NCBI GenBank assembly: GCA_026025795.1
Contig: JAPEUG010000080.1
Location: 1-53,399, forward strand
DNA from: Thelocarpon superellum
Taxonomy: Eukaryota
DNA: 53,399 nt
Direction: 5' to 3'
Numbering within the stretch: the stretch's first letter is position 1; each line of letters opens with the position of its first letter. The position numbers were made by a program, and so were the translations under genes. Below the pieces are notes generated by a model. That model was not told where the DNA came from, ran no database searches, and worked only from the letters and a program-made list of their open reading frames with translations. Of the stretch, positions 11,865 to 23,244 are shown piece after piece.

Positions 11865-13669
11865 GATGCAGACTGGACGCAAGCACGCGCTTCTTCAGCA
11901 CCATCACAATAAGGGCGACGAAATGACGGAATGCCTGGGCGAACGACAAATCAGCAATTACTCGCCAGGTACGCATGCACGCAGGTTGCAGAATCAGTGA
12001 GCTCCTAGCATGGATGGCCACGCATGTGCCAACCCAACGAGAAGGGCATCGACGCCCCAGTGCATTTGTTCGTGGCGGAGGCGGAGCCAGACCAGGATCG
12101 TCCCCAGGACCGGAATGTGGGTGCCACGACAGCGGTTTGCGAGTACGGCTACACGCGGCAGGGTCCAAGCAAATACCGCAACGGATGAAGGAGAGAACGC
12201 CCCTGTACCAGGACATGTTCCGTGTTGAGGGTGGCCCTGGCAGGGGCAGGCGGAAGGGAAGGGAGGTATCAAAGGCAGCCGCATTTGCAGCAACTCACCA
12301 AGCAATTGACAGCGCCAGATGCCGATGCACCGAGGACAGCCAATGTTCTGAGCGGGGCCAAAGAAGGCAATAGTCGGTCTGGCCGAACGTCTTTGAACTT
12401 CGTCCAGGACAGGCAGAGACGAGGATGTTTGAGCGAGTTTTGTACTCGGCCTGGGCCAAGGAATCGTAACGAGCGTCGTGAAGCCGCAGCACACTAACCC
12501 CGCCTGCATCTGGCGGCGGGGAACTTGATTGGCACCTCCTCTAGAGGTAGATGCTGCCCCACAATGGCCGTCTCCGCCCAGCGTCATCTGTACCCTCTCC
12601 GTACCTCCGTCGCCACACGCTCGGCACCTCTCGTGACAGGTCGATCGTCACAGTCGGCTTACCGCCGGGGAACACTAGTCTGCAATGCAGACTCTGCAGA
12701 AGCCGCCAGGCCTCCAGACTGCTTACCCTCGGCCTCAGCGATCCAGCACCGCTAATTGGAGGGTTTCTGTTCATTAAGTAGATATACTGGAGCAGTCTCT
12801 ATGGTGTGTGCCTAGATGTGTTTCATAGCACAGGGTGCTTCGCAAGTCTTCAAGAGTGTATGCCCCTAGCAGCTGGTACTATCGTTTCCATTCGTGGCCG
12901 AGGTCGAACGTACTTCGTACAAAGAGGACCTGGTCCAGACAGTGTCCGTCATTCGTTACGTAATTGGACGATTCGCCCTCACCACCTGATCTACTAGATG
13001 TAGCTGCGTCTACTATGTGCATCAACGGCATAGTTCATGGATCGTGTGTGGCGACCATTCTTAGAGAGGGTCTGGCTCTGCAAACGTCGAGCGCTCATTC
13101 GTGCCGCCTCTTTCCTCAGTTTGGGGGGAAGGGTTAGCACATGTTCACAACACCGCTCGTGGACGTAGCACGCGATAGGAGGATCTCTTCGACGAGTCCG
13201 TGCGCGTGGAAGGTCCCGGACCACATATCCTGCGGGCACCGTGGCGCCGAGGAAGAAATCGAATGTATGGCGCTTCGCCTAGTGGCACTACTTGGGGATA
13301 GGTCCTACAGACACCGGTACAGATTGATGGATGGATAAAAATGAAATGCAGCATCAAACCGTCACTCAACAGCCGAAAGGGAAAGCTCGTAACGGGAGAG
13401 CCCAAGGACACCCTCCACCCACGATCCGACCGCACGGTGACTCCAGCATTCGCATACGCGTCCGCGATCCGCCCCCGCCTGTAACCACTGTTCCCCTGTC
13501 GCTCGAGTTCGGCAGGGACACGACGGCACTACCATGTGCCGCCTCCTTCTCCATGAGCACCGCAGTGACCGCTCTGGGCGTCGCCTCAATCGTCCTCGTG
13601 GACCCTTGAGCCCGTTTCGGCGCGCTTCTGCGTCACCGTTTCCAAGATGAGAGGTGCACATTGTGAAGC

Positions 13670-14481
13670 CTAGACAATCATCTGCGCCACGCCTTGTCCA
13701 CCCAGCGTCTTGCTGCCGACGAAGTCCTGCCCACGGAGACCAGCCAGGGCGTAGAAGATGGCGGCGAAGAGCAGGGTCGTGGCTGCCGCGATGAGGCTCG
13801 TCCATTTCAGGGATGCGCTGGCCCATTGGATGACACTCATGACCAGGTAGACCGCCGCGCGCATGTAGTTGGTCGTGACTCGGCGAATCAGGGCATCGAA
13901 TTTTGACGACGTGGGACAGATGCGCAAGAGGAGGGGGATTTCGATAAAGATGATGATGAAGCCAGAGCATCTGCCAATACTGTCAGTCCGGTGAGGTCGC
14001 GGGGAACGGGGGAAGGACGCACATGCACAGGATACTGAAGGCGAGGATGACAAGGTGGAAGAGGAAGATGTTGGCAATCCCCACGGCGAAGCAAATGACG
14101 ATGGAGAGTACGCCCGTCCTATATCGTGCAGACTGTCAGCAAACCGGAGATGTGATCCAACCCGCACTTCGCGCCTGTCTGGTGCGTCGGACGGCGCTTG
14201 ATGCCGATAGCCTTGTTATCGAACATCTATCACGGCGAGACGTGGGGCTTCTGTTCAAACAGCGATCCACAATGATCTACCCCGCTCACGTCTTTCGCAC
14301 CATGTTTCTTCCAAGATCCCTTCGGCATCCTTCCGCCGATGCAGGGGAAAGGGAAAACGAGAAGTGAGGCGCTGACCATTGTCCATAAATACCTAAATCG
14401 GTCAGTACTCGGTGAGTCGTGCTAAACGCGGATGCAGCACTTACTGAAGTTCCGCGTCTGAAACTCCTCGAGAATGGTCAT
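13670..14481 (-). CDS. TVP18: Golgi apparatus membrane protein TVP18
   Basis: Four exons give MTILEEFQTRNFSIYGQWTGVLSIVICFAVGIANIF...FIEIPLLLRICPTSSKFD...TTNYMRAA...GSKTLGGQGVAQMIV*. Intron 2 spans 14376..14119. Confidence 0.95.
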
Positions 14482-15316
14482 CTTGCTTGGCCTAGGCTCG
14501 TCGCCACGGTTGCGCTTACGGAGGGGGAGAGTGTTGATGGTCGCCTCCGACGACCCGTTGGTGTCGTTGGTGTCGTCAAAGACACTTCACGAGGTGCCGT
14601 GCAGCGAGTCGCGCAGGGTAGACAGAGAAGTGTGCGCCGCTCTGTGCTGTGATGAGGAACGATAGGCGTGCTGAGGGTCAGCCAGAAGTGTCGATGGAGC
14701 ACCGAGAGCTTTGCGTTGACCTCTGAAGCTTCGTGTCTCTCGCTGCACCGCCGTGCCACCTTACATTTTCCCGTCTCTCACTGTACCATACGTGTCGGCT
14801 GGCAACCATTCCTAGCCCTCGCTTGTCCACACGCGGTCGCCTTCGCTTCGCTTAATCAACAAGACACCTCGGACCGCCTACTCCAGCACCCGGGCACCCG
14901 GGCCTGCGTACTGGACTGGGAGTAACACATGAGTCGCAGTATGGTGGGCGGTTTCCGAACCTCCAGTGCGCACGGGAGCAGAGGATGACTTCCAAGACCT
15001 GAACAGGAGCGGTGAGCAGCACTAAAAGACCAGCCAGGACTACTGCTAGCAGTCTTCGAGGACGATCGAGTAGTCGTAGTATTCGTGGGTTTCCGTCATA
15101 AGTATCATCGCGGTCCGCATGCACGCACAAGAAGCCTTTACTGCTACTGCTACTCAAGGTGGACCCTGGGGTCCTTTGGTAATGCCACTGGGCCATCTCC
15201 ACAGCCTCTACGAGAACTCGTACCGTCCCACCCTCCGACACCACTTCAACCTCGCACTTCGCCTGTACATCATCCTCCATGCTTGGATTGCGCAGACGAG
15301 CCGATGTCTCACCGCC

Positions 15317-16152
15317 CTATACGGTGCGGAAGATGTCATTGAAGACATACCAAATCTGGCCCTCGGGCATCAATTGGAACGTTTGACAGTACTTCATGGG
15401 CGGGTCTTGGTCAACCTGTGCGCCTTCCCGTCAGTACTTTCCCGCTGCTCGCCCGTAGAGGGTGAGTCGCCAGATATACATACGTGCATCAGTCCCGTAA
15501 CCATAACCAGGATCCCCCCGTTAAGCGATGGCTGCGAATGGACCTCGAAGTACCCATCGTTGTTGGCGTGGACGACTTGTTCGAACGGGAGCGACTATGC
15601 CGGCCAGATACATTCTTAGCACGGACACGCTCAGATCATGATCCAGCTGGATGCACGTACCACTAGCTTTTCCGCGATCGCCGGCCCGCCTTGAAACTCT
15701 TGCCCGGAGTAGGTGAGCATGGAATGGGGACGCTGAGACACCATCAGACAGAGTCTGCAGCCAAGAGTACCCTAGACGCGAGTCACGGTGCCTTCTACTC
15801 ACATAGAGTGTTGCCAGCGCCGCGCGATTGCTATCGAAGGTGGTGTAGTAGTGATGCGCAAATGTCACTGCCGGAAACGTTAGACTGACTCCACTCCATG
15901 CGCTCGACGTTGCGGGAGGGGGACCAAGTGCGTCGTCGATCCGAGCAATGTCTGCTGTAGCTCATGCGACTTACCTGCAATGTTCTTGTAATCCTTTGGG
16001 GTGTCTGGACGAGTCGTTGTCAGCGTGCTCCTCATTTGAATGCGGACTCGTCCTCGGAAGAACATAGCGAAGCTTCTCGGATAGAGTCACCTGGGGAAGG
16101 CCAGGGGCGGATTTTATCGATGAGGATACGAGACAGATCACTTACCCGCCAT
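15317..16152 (-). CDS. NTF2: Nuclear transport factor 2 (6 exons)
   Basis: Spliced product [67 protein letters not shown]...[44 protein letters not shown]. Confidence 0.93.
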
Positions 16153-16448
16153 GATGCTCGAAGATGTTGATGGATCGGTGCACCGAAGGAAGGTGAAGTT
16201 GGCTGGTGGCTCTTGCTCCGTTGTTTGGGTTAGAAGGAACCACGTCCTCTTTTCCCCTCCGTCACCCCCACCATCGGTCTGCCATGCGACTCATGCGACT
16301 GCTACCCGATGACACGGCAACACCCAAATAGATTACATAATACGCCTCTTTTGCCAGCTTGGGCACAGCCCAATCCTCAGGCATCCGAGTCGGTTTGGTG
16401 CCCTTGATTCAACGGCCAAGTTCCATATACCATCCGGGCTTCAATCTT

Positions 16449-16658
16449 GTAAGCACTCCCTGCACGCTCTAGCTCCCTTCTTCATCCCGAACTTCCACGC
16501 ATGTTCTATGATGACTCTCCAAACGATAACTTCTGATCTACCATGAGGTCTCAAAAATTGAATTCAAGCTCAACAGTCTGATGCATTCTAGTCTCTCCCT
16601 TGACGCGAATACATGCCCTTTGTTCTTCACCAGCATTGCTGACAACCAAGATTTCTAG
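16449..16658 (+). other. Intron of a non-coding snoRNA host transcript, divergent from NTF2
   Basis: GTAAGC donor at 16449, pyrimidine tract, GCTGAC branch at 16638-43, TAG acceptor at 16658 (or AAG at 16650). No meaningful ORF in the flanking exons. Confidence 0.7.
16501..16586 (+). ncRNA. Box C/D snoRNA with two rRNA guides, intron-encoded
   Basis: Box C ATGATGA 16508-14, D' CTGA 16533-36, C'-like ATGAGGT 16543-49, D CTGA 16578-81, short terminal stem. Guide AAACGATAACT is complementary to conserved 18S AGUUAUCGUUU. Guide TCAAGCTCAACAG is complementary to conserved 25S CUGUUGAGCUUGA. Confidence 0.9.
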
Positions 16659-16847
16659 GCTCTCGTCGGTCGGACGCGTGCCACCATGAGTCGTGTCCTC
16701 CGTTGGGGACCTCCGATTTTGTGTGAGCTCGGGCATCATTGATTCGACTTGAGCGGGCCGCGCGTATAGCGATCGAAGACACGCCTACGAAGACTTTACC
16801 CTGCTCCAGACTCACTGGGATGAAACGGCCGATGATCACTGAATGCT

Positions 16848-18091
16848 TCAGCCTTTCCTACGGAGATCCAAGATCTTCGCCAAGGAAACTTCGCCTTTCC
16901 CACCCCATCCTGCCACACCGGTCTCGACCTCAGGACGCACGTGGACATACCATTGCCACGCGCGACGATCCAGCTCGTGTCGGCCCAACTTACCGGCCCA
17001 TGAGGCATAAAGCAGGTCGAGGGCGCCCAGTAAGAGCCCAAGATTCCGTTCTCGCTGAGCCGCAATTATGGTGTAAGAGGTCTTCTTGGGCCGAGGTGAA
17101 TTCGCCTTGTCCACACCGGCCGGTGTCGCGGCGTCGAATGACTTGAGCAAGTACGTTCGAGCTGCCTGAGCGGTATAGATGGGAAGATCTCCGTGACTCG
17201 ATCGATGAGAGGGCATGACTTGTGCACTGTTGGATGCCCGTAGTGCTTCGAGGTCAAGGCCCCAGAGTGCAGGCGGGTCTTCTCGTTCCCCAGCAGCGTT
17301 GGACAGCGAAGTCCGGGTGGAAGCAAGGGCTTGGCCGACGCCTTTGTCGCCCGCTGCTATCTCTGAACTGTTGGCTCCATCGGGGGCTTGACTGCTCTTC
17401 CACGCGTAGCCATTCCTCTTCAAGACACTGATGTCTCGACCCATGATCGTCACCACCGGCTGACCCCGCCCCCAGCCCGCCTCGTCGGCACTCTTCCCCT
17501 TCTCCAGCCCCAGGGTTACCGCCCGGCTGCGGCTGTTCATGCTCACCACGGCTTGGGCCATGCTGAGCCGGCTCGAAGGCGGTTGCTCCGGCATTGTATA
17601 CTTCAACAAGGTCACGGCGAAAGCGAGGACCAGTGGGGCGCGGTTAGTGACGAGCACGGCATGGGAGATGGCCGCTTCGTCAACGCAAGGCGACGGGAGG
17701 GCCAGAGACGCCTCGATCGCCGCTGGGCTATCGAGATCAACTCCGTCGCCCGCTTTCTTACGTTTGGTCACGGGCGGGGAGGCTTCCTGTAGGTCGTCGC
17801 CGCGAGCTCGCTTTTTAAAGACGCGTTTGGCGGCTGCGAGTATCTGCTTGGAACGCTTCTCCTCCGTAAAAATGGCTTGCAGGGTCTGCGCGTCGGATTT
17901 GGCAATGGCATCGACACTAGAATCAGTTCAACATCACTTGACCGTGGCCAGGAAGGCTTTGTGACTGTAGGATACCTGGACAGTTGGCTCTTCTGAAGGT
18001 CCTTGACTTTAGAGATGGCCAACGGTAGCGGTACCTTCGCATCTTGGGAGAGGAACCGCAGAAGCGTCTGGAGCTCGGCGGGGGTCGCCAT
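16848..18091 (-). CDS. Conserved fungal hypothetical protein
   Basis: Intron 17975..17917 joins MATPAELQTLLRFLSQDAKVPL... to ...TNRAPLVLAFAVTLLKYTMPEQPPSSRLSMAQAVVS...WYVHVRPEVETGVAGWGGKG. Confidence 0.85.
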
Positions 18092-18380
18092 GGCAAAATC
18101 AGTAGGCGCGTCCCATGACTAGCGGTTCGACCTGCGTGAGGGCTGTCAGTCCTGTCATACCGTCCTCGCGACTCGAGCCGTGAACAAGTTGCGGTGGCGC
18201 GTCTGTCTAGAAGCTTGACTACCGGAGCTAGTGAGGCCGCATCTGTCGGCTGGTCAGGCTGAGCCCGCAGCTTGCGCGAACCCTCGAATGCATACCATCA
18301 CTACCGACCTCATCCCTCTCCAGCAGCTCCACCCAGCCTATCTGCCCCTGGCACGTTCAGCTTCATGGGCAAATGTCACC

Positions 18381-20909
18381 ATGTCCGACAAGGCGAGGAT
18401 CAAGGAGTTCCCGGACATCGGCAACAAGCTTGCCGCGCCGACCAAAAAGTCGGTGTTCGAACGGCAGAAGGCGGAAGCTGAAGCCAAGCGCCAGCGAGAA
18501 GAAGCAGAGACAGCGGCGGTGTACGAAGACTTTGTCAAGTCCTTTGAAGATCACGATGGCCCCTCCACTTTCACGTCTCGGGATCGCCAGCCAGGTGGTG
18601 CAGGCGGGGGCTTTGGCGCAGGTCGCGGAGGAAACGTGGGAGGGCCGCCGAAACGACAGTTTGCTGGGCCGCCGCCGACGGGACCAGCGGGCAGAGGGGG
18701 CGCGTCGGGGTCGCGCATGGGCTTTTCCTCCACTGGACCCGGTAGCCTAGGTGCGCCACCACCGCCGCCGCCGCCGTCGCTGTCAAGAAAGCGGGCACAT
18801 GATGGGTCTCTCCCGGTGGCGCGGGATGGGACCCAGGGGTTATTTGCCTTCGACGATCCCACCCCAGGTGCGGCGGATGCCAAGGGCGCCTTTCCCGCGT
18901 CGGACGATGAGGATGATGCGGCGCAAGAGGAGAAGAAGGCGGAGCGGGCCGCGCCCAAGCCCACCCTGCATCTCTCGTCCCTCCCGCCCGGCACCTCCCC
19001 GGCCGCCATCAAGGCCCTCCTTCCTCCCGGTCTGACTGTCGATGCGGTTCGCATCCTACCTCCCAGCGGCCCAGGCTCGATGGAGCGAAAGTCCTTATCA
19101 GCCATTGTGACCCTAGCCAAGGACACCCCGGCCAATGAGATCGAGGCGGCGGTTAGCGGGCTTCAGAACCACTACTTGGGATGGGGCTACAATCTGTCTA
19201 TTTCCCGACATCTTTCATCTGCGGCGCTCCGAGCGGGTGCGCCGCTTCAAGCCGGTGCCACTTCGGCCCTATCATCCTTGCCCTTTGGCGCCAAACCGGT
19301 CCATGTCGGGCCAGCTAGCCATACACCTGGCGGTCCCGGTGGGCGACATCATCATCGCGGTGGATATGCCCCGCCAATCACTTACGGGCCAAGCGCGTTT
19401 GGCCGAGGGGCACCACCCGTGCAGATCATGGTCAAGCCCCCTTCGGATCTGAAGGAGCTCAAGCTCATCCACAAGACCCTCGAGTCGCTGCTCACTCATG
19501 GCCCTGAATTCGAGGTCTTGCTGATGAGCCGGCCCGAGGTGCAGCGGAACGAGCGGTGGGCGTGGATCTGGGATCCACGCAGCACTGGTGGCGTTTGGTA
19601 TCGGTGGCGGCTCTGGCAGATCCTGTCGGCGCCACGCGGAGGGGGAGGATACACAGCCGACGCCCGACGCGGCATGCCCCAATACGTCTTCGCGGGCGGG
19701 GCGGCCTGGGCCCCCCCTCGAACCAGTATCCGATTCGAGCATACGACATATCTAGACGAATTCGTGTCCGACTCACAGTATGACTCGTCCGAGGATGACG
19801 ACTCGGGCGACGAGGGCCCGCGTGCGTCACATCTGCCCGAGTCGGGACCCGGAGAGGTGGATCAAGGCGCGGTTACCTATCTCAATCCCCTCCAGAAGGC
19901 TAAATTGACACACCTCCTGGCCCGATTACCGACAAGCAATGCGCGACTACGCAAGGGTGACGTCGCTCAAGTCACGGCGTTTGCAATCTCGCATGCGGGC
20001 GAAGGGGCGGATGAGGTAGTGGATGTGATCATCGCCAACATCGAACAGCCTTTTGCCGTCACTAGCGCCAATCCCCATCACACGAAGGATATCGAGCGAA
20101 GTGGCGAGCGGGACGAGGAGGTCGGCATGGACGAGAAGGATGCCTCCAAGGAGATGGATGACACGTCGCCAGCCAAGCTGGTGGGGCTGTACCTGGTGTC
20201 CGATATCCTATCCTCCTCGTCAACGAGCGGGGTACGGCATGCGTGGCGGTACCGGCAGCTCTTCGAAGTGGCGTTGAAGCAACGTAAGGTGTTTGAAGGT
20301 CTTGGCCGGTTGGAGAAGACATTGCACTGGGGCCGACTTCGGGCGGAGAAATGGAAGCGCAGCGTGGGCAGCGTCTTGTCGCTCTGGGAGGGTTGGTGTG
20401 TGTTTCCGCAAGCGTCGCAGGATCATTTCACCGCCGTCTTCGCCAATCCACCCCCGACCGTGGCAGAGCAGGCGGCGCTCGCCGCCGCACAGAGGGCCTC
20501 GGGCGCGGGAGAGGCGGCCAAATCCCGATGGAAAACGGTCGACGTGGCCGCTCGGGCGGCGGAGAACGCTCGAGTCGCGAATTTGAAGGAGGATGCAACA
20601 GTCAACGAAGTCGACTCGGACGGAGATGTCGACGGGGAAGCGATGATGTCAGACGAAGATGTCGACGGCGAGCCTATGGAAGATGTCGACGGCGAGCCTA
20701 TGGAGCACGTCGATGGAGAGCCCATGGACACCACGCTCCCGGATGAGACGCGCCAGCCTGACGGGCCACTTCCATCGGCCGATCAGGGTCACACGCGGGA
20801 TGCCGTGGGAATGCAGTCGGAGCGTGACGGGGACATTACGAGTGTGACGGGCCCTCGACGGCGCCGACCCAAAGCCGAGGACATGTTTGCCGTCTCGGAT
20901 GGCGAGTAG
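18381..20909 (+). CDS. U2 snRNP-associated SURP-motif protein (U2SURP/SR140-like; RRM-like, SURP and CID domains)
   Basis: Single exon. KKSVFERQKAEAEAKR; SURP-like LIHKTLESLLTHGPEFEVLLM...WYRWRLW; CID-like KLVGLYLVSDILSSS...AWRYRQLFE...GRLRAEKWKRSVGSVLSLWEGW; DVDGEPM repeats. Confidence 0.88.
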   Translation: MSDKARIKEFPDIGNKLAAPTKKSVFERQKAEAEAKRQREEAETAAVYEDFVKSFEDHDGPSTFTSRDRQPGGAGGGFGAGRGGNVGGPPKRQFAGPPPTGPAGRGGASGSRMGFSSTGPGSLGAPPPPPPPSLSRKRAHDGSLPVARDGTQGLFAFDDPTPGAADAKGAFPASDDEDDAAQEEKKAERAAPKPTLHLSSLPPGTSPAAIKALLPPGLTVDAVRILPPSGPGSMERKSLSAIVTLAKDTPANEIEAAVSGLQNHYLGWGYNLSISRHLSSAALRAGAPLQAGATSALSSLPFGAKPVHVGPASHTPGGPGGRHHHRGGYAPPITYGPSAFGRGAPPVQIMVKPPSDLKELKLIHKTLESLLTHGPEFEVLLMSRPEVQRNERWAWIWDPRSTGGVWYRWRLWQILSAPRGGGGYTADARRGMPQYVFAGGAAWAPPRTSIRFEHTTYLDEFVSDSQYDSSEDDDSGDEGPRASHLPESGPGEVDQGAVTYLNPLQKAKLTHLLARLPTSNARLRKGDVAQVTAFAISHAGEGADEVVDVIIANIEQPFAVTSANPHHTKDIERSGERDEEVGMDEKDASKEMDDTSPAKLVGLYLVSDILSSSSTSGVRHAWRYRQLFEVALKQRKVFEGLGRLEKTLHWGRLRAEKWKRSVGSVLSLWEGWCVFPQASQDHFTAVFANPPPTVAEQAALAAAQRASGAGEAAKSRWKTVDVAARAAENARVANLKEDATVNEVDSDGDVDGEAMMSDEDVDGEPMEDVDGEPMEHVDGEPMDTTLPDETRQPDGPLPSADQGHTRDAVGMQSERDGDITSVTGPRRRRPKAEDMFAVSDGE

Positions 20910-20913
20910 ACGG

Positions 20914-21895
20914 TCATCGGCAGAGTATTGTCGGAGGAACCCACGATATCAGCGCACGGAGGTCCCGGATCAGCGGAATGCTACCCTGGCCATCGACGTG
21001 AAGTGTAACGATGTCCATCCTCCCTTGAAGCTCCTTGGAGTATTTTCCCTCTCTGTCGAGCAGCAGGCCGTGCCACCCAGCCCTGACTGCTGCGAGCGCG
21101 TCCTTCTCCAAGTCGTCGCCCACGTGGAGACAAGTCGCGTCAGCGAGGGATGCTTCGCCCAGCATATCACTCATGGACGTTCGCGCCGCGTCAAAGATGC
21201 GCTTGTCGGGCTTCTCCACGCCCACGTCGTAGCTCAGGATTGAGAAGTCTATGTCACCGTCCATTTGCCGGATCGGCTGCCCCTTGCTTGCTGAGGCACC
21301 GGCCGCTCGTGTGCCAACCACTACGCCGAGAGATGACAGGATATCCGGGACACGGTCATCGGAATTGGTAATGACTCCTACCACGATTTTCTCCCAGGTC
21401 CCGTGCTTGTCCCTATCGTTTGAGAATCGAACGGCAGACCTACTCTGCCGGAGGTGTTCCAAGAGGGGCGGAACGTCGGGGTAGAGCATGTAGCCCTCTG
21501 CGCTCGAAAAGCGAGATAGCAGTTCGGGGATAAGACGGGCAGGCATTGGCCTGGTCGGCGATACAAATGGCTGAAAGGTCTCCTGGATGATCTACCGTCG
21601 GGTCGAGGTCAGACGCCGTGAGAGAGAGAACTTGCTCTTTGTGACGCGGGTGACTCACACCGGCCCACCATTGCGGTGGATCCATGCCCGAGGACTTTCC
21701 GTAGTTGGGATGTTCCCGCGACGCCTGCTTGAAGGCGCGTGAAAACGAGGCGTGGAGCGCTGCCTCATCCACCAAAGGCCCTCCCAGTCTGCGGGCAGCA
21801 TGACCATACTGTTTGGCGATGGACTCGCGGGGAGTAAACAGAGTCCCAAAGGCGTCCAAGGTCAAGAGCAATGTCTTTCCTCGGCCTAACGCCAT
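20914..21895 (-). CDS. HAD-superfamily hydrolase (HDHD3/REG-2-like)
   Basis: Motif I LTLDAFGTLF, intron 21658..21592, then GVITNSDDRV, SYDVGVEKPDKRIF and LHVGDDLEKD. Confidence 0.92.
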
Positions 21896-23244
21896 ATTGG
21901 CTGGTAGGATGAGTAGTACTCATGCAGCCACGGAATGACGTTCGTGTCAGCCATGTCGAGGGATGGTCCGAGGCTGCCACGTGGTTCCAGTGTTGCGTGC
22001 TGCGGCTACTTGATTCTTGGTTCCGATCGCTGGAGCCGGAGGAATGCCATGGATCTTTGCGAGGGCACTCTGTGGTGCGAGGGCAAAATTGAGCGAACGC
22101 TTCCGCGGTGGGAGCGCTCCCTTATCCGAAGACCTCCAAGAATATCATGCGCTCCTGCATTGGGGTGCTCCAGGAATGTGGGATGATGTTGGAAGATATA
22201 CCGACTTCAGGACTCGTCTAGCCACCGTTTGGAGAGCGTCTACATCACAAAGCCCCGGGCAATCGCGTGATCTGATGCAGCCTCGATCCCTCACTTTATC
22301 CCCCAGCGATACAACGGGGCACGCCCTGGGAGTTCTTCCTTTCTTCCAGGACAAGAATGATCCTCAGTGGTATTGCGTCATTACTCCGGGTCCCTGGTCG
22401 CTGGTGCTGGTCGCCGGTGCTGGTCACTAATCGCCGTTCGGAGATCCGTGTCCGTGATCACCAGCTGTCGTACAAATCTTCGTATCAGTCGTATGACGGC
22501 GAAAGATACTATCTCAGGACGATGTACAAGCTATGCAGCTCTTGACCAGGTCACTAGAGGCAGCGAGGATGGCGGAAACATTGCGAAACGCGAGTAACTA
22601 TGTTACCCAACTATGTTAGTTAACTAACTCCCTCCCTCGTATCCCGCACACCGCAGCACCGGCGTCCTGCCATGAACGATGTAGCCATGCTCGTGCCGAG
22701 ACACTGCAACACCGCAGCGCCGCAACGCTCCAACGCTGTACGTTTTGCACGTCTTCTTTCTCTTCCTCTTCCACTCCCACTCGCCACACGTATCACTCGG
22801 GCCCAGGGCCCAACTCCCTCTGGCGTCATCATCTCCCCGAAGCTGGAGTGGCCCAGGTATCATCGACAGCGTCTCCTCGCGCCTGCACGTCTTCCTTTGT
22901 CGCCGTGCAATTGATTGGTGGTCCATGCGTGCTATCGGTCCGCCGCGCAGCTTTCCGCACCACCAACAATCAGCCCAACAAAGCAATCGTCCAGGACATC
23001 ATCTGCCCAGACCCAGCCAGGCTCCGTCCTTGTGAGCCATATCAGCCATTGCCCATCCTCGTCGTCCTCTGCAACATCAACGGCCTTTCCACGTCAACGA
23101 GCGATCGCCGTGGGCGTTGCTCCATCGCCGTGCCCGGCGTGCCGTGCCGTGCCTCGCGTCAACGGTTGGAACTCTGCCGCGGTCGAGTCGAGGCAGGCTA
23201 TCCGCGGTTGACGTGGCGCTGCTATCTCCCGCAGCTCCATCGCC

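Noticed and set aside
14649..14726. GTGATGA...CTGA...CTGA as a second C/D snoRNA
   Set aside because: The best guide has only about 8 nt of uninterrupted rRNA complementarity, there is no host intron, and it lies in the TVP18 promoter region.
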